A stretch of DNA of 64,000 nucleotides from Mobula hypostoma (taxonomy: Eukaryota): assembly GCF_963921235.1 (NCBI RefSeq), contig NC_086109.1:19842001-19906000 (forward strand), given 5' to 3'. Under the pieces are notes generated by a model. That model had not been told where the DNA came from. It saw nothing but the letters and a program-made list of their open reading frames with translations, and made no database searches. The translations under genes were made by a program, and so were the position numbers. Positions 53,101-63,963 of this stretch are shown here, piece by piece (the stretch's first letter is position 1; each line of letters begins with the position of its first letter).

Positions 53101-56100
53101 GTTTGTGGGAACTGGTCATCTGATTCAGCAGAATGCTCAGCTGCCATGCTAACTTTCTGAACGATGTGCTCTACATTGTGATTTCAATGTTTGTCCCTCA
53201 ATTCTGACTTTATTTTTGATAAATTCCCAATTTACTTGCCGAAAACAATGCAGTTGATTTAGGTAAATTGGAGGGAGGATGAAGTCTCCCCTAAGACACC
53301 TCTCCCACCTGAAAGAGTGGGAAAGTAGACCCACTCGCAACATTCAAGTACCATGATGAGTAGCTGAATCACTAAGGTACAGAAGCTATGGACTGAATGC
53401 TGATAAATGGGACCGGTACAAATATGTACTTGTGGACAAAATGGGCCAAAAGGGTCTGTTTAGAGTCAGAATAGCACAGCACAGAAACAGACCCTTCGAG
53501 TTCATGCTGAAACCTTAAACCACCTAGTCCCATCGAATCACACAGAAACCAGAGCCCTCCATATCCCTACTATCCATGTACCTATCCAAACTTCTCTTAA
53601 ATGTTGAAATCGAGCTTGCATGCACTACTTGTGCTGACAGCTCATTCCACACTCTCACAGCCTCTGAGTGAACAAGTTTCCCCTCATGTTCCCCTTAAAC
53701 TCCTGACCTTTCACCCTTAACGCATGACCTCTGATCGTAGTCACACCCAATCTCAGTGGAAAAAGCCTGTATTAACCCTATCTACACCCCTCAATTTTGT
53801 ATACCACAATGCAACATGACAAACTTAAAGGGGGAGAATTACCTCGAAGATAGAAGGTGACCGGAATTCCCTGAGGAGACAGAACCTAAGCAATGTTAAA
53901 TTGGTAGCATTTTAAATTGTCCGATGTGTGCAGTAAGAATTGTGATTTGCTGCAGGTCTACAAGCTGAAAGGTGGAATTAGCATCTTTTTGAAACACAAT
54001 GTGTTGAATTATTCCCTTCTGTCAATGACTCTACCCGATTCACGCCATGTCCTTATTTTCCTCTCCCATTTTTTTTTAAAGCTATGGACATACAAGTTCC
54101 ATTTGCTACTAAGAAAAGTTCTTTTGCACCATTTTTATTCAGTTATGTGTGCTTAAAAGCAAAACACTTCTAAAAAACACAAAAGATTCTGCAGATGCTA
54201 GAAGTTCAGATGAACACAAAATGCTGAGGAACTCAGCAGATCAGGCAGCATTTACGGAAATGAATAAACACTTGACGTTTCGGGTGGAAACCCTCCATCA
54301 GGACCGGAAAGGAAGGGGGAAGATGCCAGAATAAAAGATGGGCGGGGAGGGGGAGTTGGGGAGAGAGGAAGGAGGACAAGCTAGGGAGTGATAGATGAAG
54401 CCTGGTGGGTAGGAAAGAAAGATAAGAAGGAATCTGATAGGAAAGGAAAGTGGAGAAAGGAAAAGAGCGGCACCTGAGGGAGGTGATAGCAGGCAAGGAG
54501 AAGAGTGGGAAATAAGAGGCCAGAGTGGGGAATAGAAGAAGAAGGAAAGGTGAGGGAATAAAACTCACCAAAAGAAATCAATATCCATGCCATCAGGTTA
54601 GAGGTTACCTATACGGTATATAAGGTGATGCTCCTCCGACCTGAGGGTGGCGTCATCATAGCAGAGAAGGCCATAGAATGACAGCTGGGAACAGGGATAG
54701 GAATTGGAATTAAAATAGTTGGCCCCCGGGAAATGCTGCAATTCGGCTTTTGGGGGACAAAGCGGACGTTCCAACAAAGGGTCTCGGCCTGAAACGTCGA
54801 CTGCGCCTCTTCCTATAGATGCTGCCTGGCCTGCTGCGTTCACCAGCAACTTTGATGTATGTTGCCCCAATTTATAATGTGTTTCTCCAATACAGAGGAC
54901 ACTGCACAGGAGCACTGGATACAACAGACAAGCCCAAAAGATTCACAGGTAAAGTGTTGCCTCACCTGGAAGGCTTGTTTGTGGTCCTGAATGGAGGTGA
55001 ATGGGCAGGTGTAGCATTTCTGTCGCTTGCAGGGATACATACTAAGGGGGAGATCAGTGGGGAGGGACAAATGGAAAGGGAATCATGGAGGGAGAGATCC
55101 CTGTGGAAAGTGGAGAGTGGAGGAGGGGTGGAAAGATGTGTTTGGTGGTAGGATCCCACTGAAGACAACAGAAGCTGTAGAGAATGATGCATTGGATATG
55201 AAGGCTCTTGGGGTGGTAGATGAGGACAAGAGAAACGCTGTCCAGGAAATGGAGATACAGGCAAAGGCAGCATCAAAGGTGGTGTAAGGTTGTTTTTGGT
55301 GTTGTGACCAAAGGTGACCAATCATCTACAGGATGAACTGCCAACTTCATCAGTATCAATTAAACCACTAACTTCAAAAGCAAAAACTTTAAGAATATTT
55401 GTAACCTCAGAGAGGCAGTACCAACTCACTTGATTTGTTCCTGGAAGCTGCCCTCCTCTAACAACTTATCTGCTTCATCCAGCACAAACAGGCGTATACT
55501 GGCTGTTGGCAGAAAGCCGATCTCAATCAGCTGCTTAATGCGACCTGCATCAAGGAAAGTAATTCACCTGTAAATATGGGGATCACTCCAAATTGGAAGC
55601 TGCTTGCAAGTGTTAAAACATGTTAGCAACAAAACCCACTTCCCACCTTCCCATTAGGAAATAACTGAGTCAAGTAAAAGTAGTGAAAACAGAGCATTCA
55701 TAATCTGAGTGAATCGATGAGGTAGTTCAAGTAACCTTCTGCTGCTACTCCCTTAGACACTAGAGCATCCAAATATTCAGACTGAGCTGCTATCACACAT
55801 CAGCTGTTCCAATTATCTTCAAGGGCACAGTGCACATTCCACTGTAAAGATTTTAGCATCACAGGCTGACACTCCCAGTGCAGTACTGAGGGTACTGTCA
55901 GAGTGCCACCTTTGGGGATAAAAATGTTAAACTGAGGCCAGAACTACCCTCTAAGATGAGGGACTTTTCCTACGGTCATGAACACAGAATGCTTCAATAA
56001 TATTGCAACCATCATACTCTGTTGAATGCAAAATGACATATAAACAGGCAACACAAAAAGTGACAATAAAATTCTTCAATGTCACAAAGCTTTCTTTTAA

Positions 56101-59100
56101 AAAAGGTAATGAGTCATGAGTTCATAAAGGGCACTATTACTCTAATATTGCACAATGACTTGACTTGGCCTACAAGGCTCAGAACCCACACTTTGTGGAA
56201 AAATCAAATAAGCTTTTACTTGATTTTTAAATAAGCTTTTTAAAAACGCAAACACGAGGAAATCTGCCGTTGCTGGAATTTCAAGCAACACAAAAGTTGC
56301 TGGTGAATGCAGCAGGCCAGGCAGCATCTCTAGGAAGAGGTACAGTTGACGTTTCGGGCCGAGACCCTTCGTCTGGACTAACTGAAGAGTTAGTAAGAGA
56401 TTTGGAAGTGGGAGGGGGAGGGGGAGATCCAAAATGATAGGAGAAGACAGGAGGGGGAGGGATGGAACCAAGAGCTGGACAGTTGATTGGCAAAAGGGAT
56501 ACGAGAGGATCATGGGACAGGAGGCCTAGGGAGAAAGGGGGAGGGGAGAAGCCCAGAGGATGGGCAAGGAGTATAGTGAGAGGGACAGAGGGAGAAAAAG
56601 GAGAGAGAGAGAGAGAGAGAAATATATATATAATAAATAAATAACGGATGGGGTACAAGGAGGAGGTGGGGCATTAACGGAAGTCAGAGAAGTCAATGTT
56701 CATGCCATCAGGTTGGAGGTTAGAGAAGTCAATTCCCATTCTGATATGTCTATCCACGGCCTCCTCTACTGTCAAGATGAAGCCACACTCAGGTTGGAGG
56801 AACTACACCTTATATTCCGTCCGGGTAGCCTCCAACCTGATGGCATGAACATTGACTTCTCTAACTTCCGTTAATGCCCCACCTCCCCCTCGTAGCCCAT
56901 CCGTTATTTATTTATTATATATATATTTCTCTCTCTCTCCTTTTTCTCCCTCTGTCCCTCTCACTATACTCCTTGCCCATCCTCTGGGCTTCTCTGCTCC
57001 CCCTTTCTTTCTCCCTAGGCCTCCCGTCCCATGATCCTCTCATATCCCTTTTGCCAATCACCTGTCCAGTTCTTGGCTCCATCCCTCCCCCTCCTGTCTT
57101 CTCCTACCATTTTGGCTTTCCCCCTCCCCCTCTCAAATCTCTTACTTGCTCTTTTTTCAGTTAGTCCTGACAAAGGGTCTCAGACCGAAACGCCGACTGT
57201 ACCTCTTCCAGAGATGCTGCCTGGCCTGCTGCATGGCTTGCTGCGTTCACCAGCATTTTTATGTGTGAAACTTTTACTTTTCCTCATTTTAAAGTATCCT
57301 TGCTGATCTGTTCTCAGTTCTGCAAGGTTCCGCTCACCTGGAGATCCAACTGCAATGTGGCATTTTTTAAGACGAACTTTGTCTAGGTTCAGTGGAGTCC
57401 CTCCGATGAAAACGTGGCATTCTAGACCCTCCATTTTAATGCCAATAGCTGTAATGACTGAATGGATCTGCACAGCAATTTCCCTTGTGGGTGCCAGAAC
57501 AAGGACCTGCAAGCAACAGAAAATGGGAAAGAAATTAAACTACCAAGAATCAAAAAGGCTAAAAGAAAGTAAATACAAATATGTAGATCCAGAATCCAGA
57601 AAAGCAGGAAAGCAATTCACGCCTTGCTTATTAAAGCTTCCGGCATTTAGATGACTCCTTAAACCCATGACCCCCATCACTCTTAGGTGAACTAAAAGAT
57701 ATCCCAAAAGCGATATAATTATTTTTAAACCTAATACAAGCACAAGAGATTCTACAGATGTTGGAAATCCAGAGCAACACACACAAAATGCTGAAGGAAC
57801 TCAGCTGGTCCAGAAGCATCTATGGAAATTAATAAACAGTCAACATTTCGTGCCAAGACCCTTCATCAGGATTGCAAAGGAGAGGGCAAGAAGCCAGAAT
57901 AAAAAGGCCTAATAGAATTTGTACGGACAGGTCAATAATCAGAAAGTAGAGACTTGAGTTAACTGATTGAGGACCAGAAAGAGGAAAAATGTTTTCACCC
58001 TGAGGGAAAGATCTGGAACTCGCTACGTGAGAAGGTAATGAAGGCGAAAACGCTTAAAAGTTACCCAAGACCCATTTGAAGAGTCATAAGCTGAAATGTT
58101 CTGTATAGGAAGCTGGGAATAACCAAAATAGCTCTTTCTGGGCAAGATACCTTCTAACTGTAAATTTCTATCTATGATTATCACATTACTCCATAGAAAA
58201 TGGTTTTGCCTACTGCCCAACTCCCAATACCAAGCAAACCTTTGAGGCAATATTGCAGTTACTTTCGTGGTAATTTTGTAGTCACACAATCCTTATTATT
58301 CTCACCATTGTCTGAAATATACAAATGTTAATCTCTGCACATTTTCGGCAAACACCAACCTGTGTTGCTGGATTCTCCAGGATTAGGGAGTCTAGTGCAA
58401 TAGTGGAAAATACACAGGTTTTCCCTGTTCCAGACTTGGCTTGCACAATCAGATCTGAAAGAGATAAAGCACAAATAACAGAACTGCCTTGCTCAGAATT
58501 GCCCCAAAGTATAAACCACTACACACTCACTCAAAAAGTTCAACAGCAGGTACATTTGATCTCACAACCCTTTCAAAATATCGGTATCAAATCAAATTTC
58601 ATTGATTGCAATATGACTGAATGCTCTACAATACTCAATATCCTATGGCTCCCACTACTGTCAACAAGCCCAAACCAGCAATATCCAGGACATCATTGTT
58701 AGAGTCATAGAAAAGTACAGCACAGAAATAAGCCCTTCAGCCCATCTAGTCCATGCCAAACCATTTAAACTTCATATTCCCATGCACCCAACCATACCCC
58801 CACCATCCACGTACCTATCAAAACTTCTGTTAAACGTTGAAATCAAGCTCGCATGCACTACTTGCGCTGGCAGCTCATTCCACACACTCACTACTCTGGG
58901 TGAAAAAGTTTCCCCTCATGTTCCCTGTAAACTTTTCACCTTTCACTGTTAACCTATGACCTCTAGTTGTAGTCCCACCTAACCTCAGTGGAAAAAGCCC
59001 ACTTACATTTACCCTATCATACCCCTCATAATTTTGTATATCTTTATCAAATTTCACCTCAGTCTTCTATGTTCCAAAGAATAAAGTCCTAATCTATTTA

Positions 59101-61088
59101 ATCTTTCCTTACAAGTCAGGTCCTCCAGACCCAACAATATCCTTGTAATTTTTTTCTGTACTACTTCAACCTTATTTACATCTTTTCTGTGGGTAGGTGA
59201 CCAAAACTGTATACAGTACTCCAAATGAGGCCTCAGCAGTGTCTTACACGTAGCTTATCAGCGGTGTAGTGGCATCAGCACCGGACTTTGAGGCAAATAG
59301 GCCCGGGTTAGAATCCGGCTGGCCCCTGCACGCTTTCCATCCGTGCTAGGTTGAGCGTTGAGCTAGCAACTCGGCCTCCGTTTAAAAAAGCCAAATGCTA
59401 AGGAAGCGGCAAAAAGTGTCGCCCAATGCATGAAAAAAGGAACATCTTATACAATTTCAACATAACATCCCAAGGACTCCTTTCACAAGCCAGAAAATGA
59501 CAAAAATTATCCTGTGCAAATTTAAATCCCCCCCCCCACCCAAGTGAGGATGTACCACCCATGCTATTCACTTTTAGTCAGTTATTCAGATAGTCTGAAC
59601 ACAGGTCCTCAGCATTGAGTCCTTGCTGATCAGCCAGTACAGAACTTTAATACCAGTTAACCTCTAGCCTATTTTATTCTCCCCCATTTCCCATCAACTC
59701 TTCTCCCCCAACGGGTCAAGGGGTTATCTGCACACCCAGGGTAAATTACAGTGTAACCTATACAACTGTAACCGACCAACACACACATCTTAAAGCAAAT
59801 GGAGCACAGAGTCACAGAGAATGCACAAACTCCATACAGGTAGATTTAGAGGAGAGGATCAAACCCACATCACCCAAGCTGCGAGCCACAGTACCAGCGA
59901 CCAATGCTTGATCCTGACCTCCAGCAGTGTCTGTGCAGTTTGTGCATTCTCCCCGTGACACCTTGGATCTCCCCTTCATGCTCTGGTTCCTTGTCTCATG
60001 ATGTAGTAGTATTGGTGGTAGTATTGTGGGAAGAGTACTTTGCAGGGAAATTTAGTGGGGAGATGGGACTGTCCTGTGAACCAGTACAAATACAGACAAA
60101 TGGGCTCCTTCTAAGTCATAAGATGAAACATGGGCCCCTCATAAAAGCCATTCCTCTTTTCTACAATCAGAAAGACCCTTCAAAACTACTGATTTCCTTT
60201 AATCAATACTCCCTCCATGCTGCTACACCAGTTTAAAAATGTTAATTACGTCCATATTTGTAATCTACTTTGCAAATAAACACCTTTACCAATCTTGCTG
60301 CAGCATAAACCCAAATCATCTGTACTCTCTCACCTCCTGCTTTCTCTCCCTAATCATAACCTCACCACCCAGTCCCTTCACACAACCACCCCAGGCATTA
60401 TTTCCTCCCTCCCACCAACAACCTTTTCTTCAAACATCCACTCCCAGAGCATCCATTCTCTCAACTACCCCCTCCCCACCACATCAACTCTTCAACCACA
60501 ACAAGCCAACCTCTTAACTCCACCACTGAACATACCCCCTAAGATCACAGTCCCCACCTCCCCGCCCCACACGACAGTCCTCCATCCAACCCCCCCTCCT
60601 CAGCCCACGATCCAGTTCCCAGTCTGCCTCTTCCATCCTATATCTCCTCCTTCCTTTCCTCCCCCCACCACACACAACCCTTCTCCTCAACCCCACCCTC
60701 CCCCAATTATCTCTCTCTCCCGATTCCAGCCCTCAGCCCCACACCTCCAGGTCCTCCCACCACCCTGGTTCCCCTAACCCCACTTTATCTTCCCCAATCC
60801 CAGTTCCCCTATGCACCTTCTCTCCCTCCCCCAGCTTCCTAGTACCACAGCCCACCTTCACCCAGTTCCCCTCCCATCTCTCTCACCGAGCCCACATCGC
60901 CCCAGCGGGATGGCTTTCAGCTGGATGGGAGAAGGCCGCTCGAAGCCGGCTTCCTTCAGCCCCTCCAGCACGGGCTGCGTCAAGAGCAGAGCTTCAAAGT
61001 CCACCCGCTCGCCCTCGGCCAACAAGACGTCCCCGGTGCGCGACCGCTGATCGATGCGATGAGCCGCACGGCCCCCGGCCAGCGCCAT
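36811..61088 (-). CDS. DDX20: DEAD-box RNA helicase DDX20 (Gemin3), 11 coding exons, 853 aa; join(60887-61088,58360-58454,57338-57506,55430-55544,49899-50041,47698-47836,46577-46635,45959-46041,42516-42621,40676-40777,36811-38159)
   Basis: Manual splicing gives 2562 nt in one frame with all introns GT-AG. Motifs: Q motif (GFERPSPIQ), I (AKSGTGKT), Ia (PTREIA), II (DEAD), III (SAT), V (TSRGID), VI (HRIGRAGR). Also the DDX20-type N-terminal RTGDVLL and the C-terminal aromatic [13 protein letters not shown]...WLKAYQMN motif. Confidence 0.97.
39874..40627. mobile_element. Tigger/pogo-like non-autonomous DNA transposon in DDX20 intron 10
   Basis: TIRs CAGGTGTCCCCCGC / GCAGGGGAAACCTG flanked by TA on both sides; ends about 48 nt from the exon 10 boundary. 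Confidence 0.78.
40676..40777 (-). CDS. DDX20: DDX20 exon 10 ([16 protein letters not shown]...LLPLP), 102 nt
   Basis: End of helicase domain 2; acceptor attcag, donor GTAAGT. Confidence 0.93.
42084..42272. mobile_element. Penelope-type terminal repeat with short inverted copy
   Basis: ACACAAAATGCTGG...GGCAGCATCTA followed by TAGATGCTGCCTGG...CCAGCATTTTGTGT. Confidence 0.75.
42516..42621 (-). CDS. DDX20: DDX20 exon 9 ([17 protein letters not shown]...HRIGRAGRF), 106 nt
   Basis: Motifs V and VI; acceptor ttccag, donor GTATGA. Not in the ORF track. Confidence 0.95.
43100..43965 (-). mobile_element. Degraded CR1 RT fragment in DDX20 intron 8
   Basis: [31 protein letters not shown] remnants. 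Confidence 0.75.
45959..46041 (-). CDS. DDX20: DDX20 exon 8 (GSMNQNQRL...VLISTDL), 83 nt
   Basis: QxxR motif and STDL; acceptor tattag, donor GTGAGT. Confidence 0.95.
46577..46635 (-). CDS. DDX20: DDX20 exon 7 ([19 protein letters not shown]), 59 nt
   Basis: Restores the frame between exons 6 and 8; acceptor gaatag, donor GTGGGT. Confidence 0.92.
47698..47836 (-). CDS. DDX20: DDX20 exon 6 (GLKQFY...[10 protein letters not shown]), 139 nt
   Basis: Motif IV (LVFSN); acceptor caacag, donor GTAAGT. Confidence 0.95.
49899..50041 (-). CDS. DDX20: DDX20 exon 5 (WIYSSLP...LSATYP...DPALI), 143 nt
   Basis: SAT motif III; acceptor gtgcag, donor GTGAGT. Confidence 0.95.
52672..53082 (+). mobile_element. 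Penelope-like fragment
   Basis: [19 protein letters not shown] (YIG motif of GIY-YIG) followed by terminal repeat. Confidence 0.78.
54175..55287 (-). mobile_element. Longest Penelope-like fragment (Cys-rich linker, GIY-YIG endonuclease remnant, terminal repeat), containing an opposite-strand repeat insert at about 54776-54865
   Basis: [12 protein letters not shown]...[10 protein letters not shown]...[32 protein letters not shown]. Confidence 0.85.
55430..55544 (-). CDS. DDX20: DDX20 exon 4 (GRIKQLIE...VLDEADKLL...), 115 nt
   Basis: DEAD motif; acceptor atgcag, donor GTGAGT. Not in the ORF track. Confidence 0.95.
56246..57267. mobile_element. Inverted pair of Penelope-like 3' ends in DDX20 intron 3
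   Basis: About 56290-56719 is the reverse complement of about 56829-57267; the centre encodes [22 protein letters not shown]...[15 protein letters not shown]. Confidence 0.9.
57338..57506 (-). CDS. DDX20: DDX20 exon 3 ([13 protein letters not shown]...IAVGSP), 169 nt
   Basis: Motif Ia and GG doublet; acceptor ttgcag, donor GTGAGC. Confidence 0.95.
57735..57905 (-). mobile_element. Penelope-type terminal repeat in DDX20 intron 2
   Basis: Family signature; minus strand CTGATGAAGGGTCTTGGCACGAAATGTTGAC. Confidence 0.8.
58360..58454 (-). CDS. DDX20: DDX20 exon 2 ([13 protein letters not shown]...NPATQ), 95 nt
   Basis: Walker A motif; acceptor ctttcag, donor GTTGGT. Not in the ORF track. Confidence 0.95.
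58700..59472 (-). mobile_element. CR1 3' fragment in DDX20 intron 1 (related copies at about 53465-53810 and 34370-34900)
   Basis: [33 protein letters not shown] remnant. Confidence 0.8.
59250..59444 (+). mobile_element. tRNA-headed SINE inserted into the CR1 fragment
   Basis: A-box-like GGTGTAGTGG, B-box-like GGTTAGAATCC; flanked by TCTTACAC (59242-59249) and TCTTATAC (59445-59452). Confidence 0.7.
60340..60885 (-). repeat. Low-complexity C-rich (+) / G-rich (sense) tract at the start of DDX20 intron 1
   Basis: Numerous CCC-CCCCC runs with very few G on the + strand. Confidence 0.8.
60887..61088 (-). CDS. DDX20: DDX20 exon 1 ([10 protein letters not shown]...IPLGRCGL), 202 nt coding
   Basis: ATG at 61088, Q motif, donor GTGAGA at 60886; CpG-rich. 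Confidence 0.95.
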
Positions 61089-61126
61089 GTCAGCTCAGAA
61101 CCGGGCACCGCCGCGCTCACAGCTAA

Positions 61127-61180
61127 ATCTCGCGAGATCCTCGCCCTCCCGGAGCTGAAATCACGAGAAATCTCACGATA
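61127..61180. promoter_or_regulatory. CGCG/BANP element cluster at the DDX20 promoter
   Basis: Perfect palindrome ATCTCGCGAGAT at 61127-61138; variants AATCACGAGA (61159-61168) and TCTCACGATA (61171-61180); within a small CpG island around exon 1. Confidence 0.75.
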
Positions 61181-62904
61181 GTCTCAAGGCCCGCCTGCTC
61201 CAAGTGTCAATCACCTCCGTCCCCATTCATTCAGAATTTGGGTAAATGCTGGGTGGTTGGTGTTGTGCTTGATATTGATGTAGTTCACAATAAAAAGCAA
61301 TGCATTTAACAGGGCTGGTGTTTTGGGAATTGTCACGTGTACAGTAAAAAGCGTGTCTTGCGTACTGTTCATACAGATCAGATTTACACAAGGTAAAACT
61401 AACAAGAATGCGGAATAAAGTGTGACAGCTGCAGAGAAAATGCAGTGTAGGTAGACAATAAGACACAAGATCATAACGATGTCAGGTCAAACGTACTCAG
61501 TGAAGATTCCATTCTAATATCCAGCTTGAGCTTAAAAATAAAAAACAGAAAATGCTGGAAAGACTTAACAGGTCTATGAAAGACGAACAACAAACATTTC
61601 ACTGCCTCTGGTTTGTGACGGGAAAACTAACGTGGAAAACAGAGTAGAAAAGCACAGAATCCACCATTAATGTCTTCAGCCGCACATTCGGTGTTTTAGA
61701 AACAGCACCTTCCCCTCCGACATCAGCTTTCTGAACGGACTATGAACCCATTGTAATTTATAGTCTATTTTCTGTACTGCGCTGTACTACTGTCACAAAG
61801 CAACACATTTCATGACATAGGTCAGTGATAATAATTCTGATTCTGATCGCCCGTGGCCTTTTCTCTCCAATATGGTTAGCCAAAGGCCGTGTCCTTGTGC
61901 TGCCCTGCAGCAACTCTTGACATGTCTGACCCTGCACCCAAAGAGGCAACCCTCCCATCCTGCAGTCTCATTGGTAGCACCATAAATTGAATGCCCTACT
62001 ACTACAAACTGCCCAACCCTTCTCCCCTTCATTGACTATACTTCTCATTGCATCAGTAAAGCAGCCAGAATAATCAAAGACCCCACCCCCACCCCCACCC
62101 CCACCATGGTCATTCTCTCTTCTCTCCTCTCCCATCAGGCTGAAGGTACAAAAGCCTGAAAACATTTATCACCAGACTCAAAGACAGCCTCTATTCGTTA
62201 TAAAATAATTCCCTAGTGTGATAAATTGGACTCTAGACCTCAAAATCTATCTCATTATGATCTTGCACCTACCCGCATGCAATTTCTCTGCAGCTGTTAC
62301 ACTTTATTCTGCATTGTTAATGTTTTACCTTGTCCTACCTCAATGCACTGTTTAATGATCTGGTCCATATGAACAATATGCAAGACAAGCTTTTCATTGC
62401 ACCTTGGTACATGTGGTAATACTAAACCAAAACTATCTCCAATTCCTCTTCTCCTCCACTGCGAGTCACCATAAACTTGGCTCTTGTGGTCTTCTGCTGG
62501 GAAGTTTCTCCCCTTTGGAATCTAGGGTTGAACATCAGTCAGAAAGCAGTAATAACACCACTTATCTTCTCTCCTAGGCAGTCGTTCATTCCCTCATGTC
62601 TGTCCATTCATTACCCACAGTGTAAAACCCCTCAATAAATGTGTTGTCCATGTATATTTCAGCATCATGGTTGCTTCACAGTAGTTCAGCCCACAGCTCC
62701 AGCTCTGTAATGCGATTGGCCAGTAACTTCTTCATTGCATTCTCAACATTGCTACCCATTATTTCAGGAACTCTCTATTTCCTCCTTCCGCTAATCCCCT
62801 CCACTCTTCTCTCTCTCTTTCCATCCCTCCACTGCTCTTTCCAGTCTCATTTCTCTCTCTCCAATTGTTTACATCTCTCCCACCCCATCCCACTTTCTGT
62901 GACT

Positions 62905-63240
62905 GTACATTGGAAGTAGTCCAAAGGACATTTGCCAGGCTAATTCCTGGGATGGAAGGGTTAACCTCTCAGGAGAAGTGTGACACTTTAGGTCTGCTTT
63001 CCCTGAGCTTTAGAAGAATGAAGAGAGACTTTATTCAAACATATAAAATCCTAAGGCGCCTTAATGGGGTAGAACTCAAGATATTCTCACCAATGGAAAA
63101 ATCACAAACAAGGAGACTTTGATACAAAAAAAGAGAGTGGTCATTAAAAGCTAAGGTGCATAGCAATTTCTACCCTCAGATGGTAGTGAATCTCTGAAAT
63201 TCTCTGCGCCTAAGAGTGTTGGAGGCTGGATTGTTAGAAA
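62905..63240 (+). mobile_element. Degraded CR1 3' fragment
   Basis: LEVVQRTFARLIPGMEGL...FRRMKRDFIQTYKIL. Confidence 0.75.
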
Positions 63241-63462
63241 TAATCACCTATCACCCAGGTCATGCCTTATTCTCATTGCTACCATTAGGAAGGGGGTACA
63301 GAACCCTGAAGGCATACACTCAATGATTCACAAACTGCTTTTTCTCCTCTACCATCTGATTTCAGACTGGTTATTGAACCCATGAACACTACCTCATTAC
63401 CTTACTATTTCTGTTTTTGCACAACTTATTTGATTTAACTGTTATAGATATATATATAAAGG

Positions 63463-63707
63463 CATCCGTTAGTCTTGCGACACCATGGATCTGCGCCTGG
63501 AAAGTCTTCACTCTCCAGGGCGCAGGCCTGGGCAAGGTTGTATGGAAGACTGGCAGTTGCCCATGCTGCAAGTCTTGCAAGTCTCCCCTCTCCACTACAC
63601 CGATGTTGTCCAAGGGAAGGGCAAGGGCCAATACAGCTTGGCACCGGTGTCGTCGCAGGGCAATGTGTGGTTAAGTACCTTGCTCAAGGACACAACACGC
63701 TGCCTCA
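63463..63707 (-). mobile_element. SINE with Meta-like core and RTE-type tail
   Basis: TTAAGTACCTTGCTCAAGGACACAAC core joined to sequence shared with 29335-29530. Confidence 0.45.
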
Positions 63708-63721
63708 TAGTTAATAACTTA

Positions 63722-63911
63722 TCTCCTTCTAACTTGGGCCACAAACTTATCAATCACCCCTGCTGTGGGCACTTTCTGGAGGTCCAAGATCCGTATGCTC
63801 CACGACCGCTGGACTAAGTGTGTACATGTAGGAGGGGACTATGTTGAAAAATAAATGAGCTAGGTTTTCTAAAATTGACTCCTTCTGCCTTAGGCCACGA
63901 ACTTATCAATC

Positions 63912-63913
<2 letters not shown>
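63722..63913 (+). mobile_element. Mariner transposon right-end remnant
   Basis: 63771-63854 translates TFWRSKIRMLHDRWTKCVHVGGDYVEK* (mariner C-terminal RW.KC...G.Y motif); TIR-like GGCCAC(A/G)AACTTATCAATCAC present twice. Confidence 0.7.

Positions 63914-63963
<50 letters not shown>

Noticed and set aside
59255..59330. tRNA gene
   Set aside because: No complete cloverleaf; it continues into a SINE body flanked by a target duplication.
60239..60777. Proline-rich ORFs on the + strand
   Set aside because: Translation of a low-complexity C-rich intronic tract.
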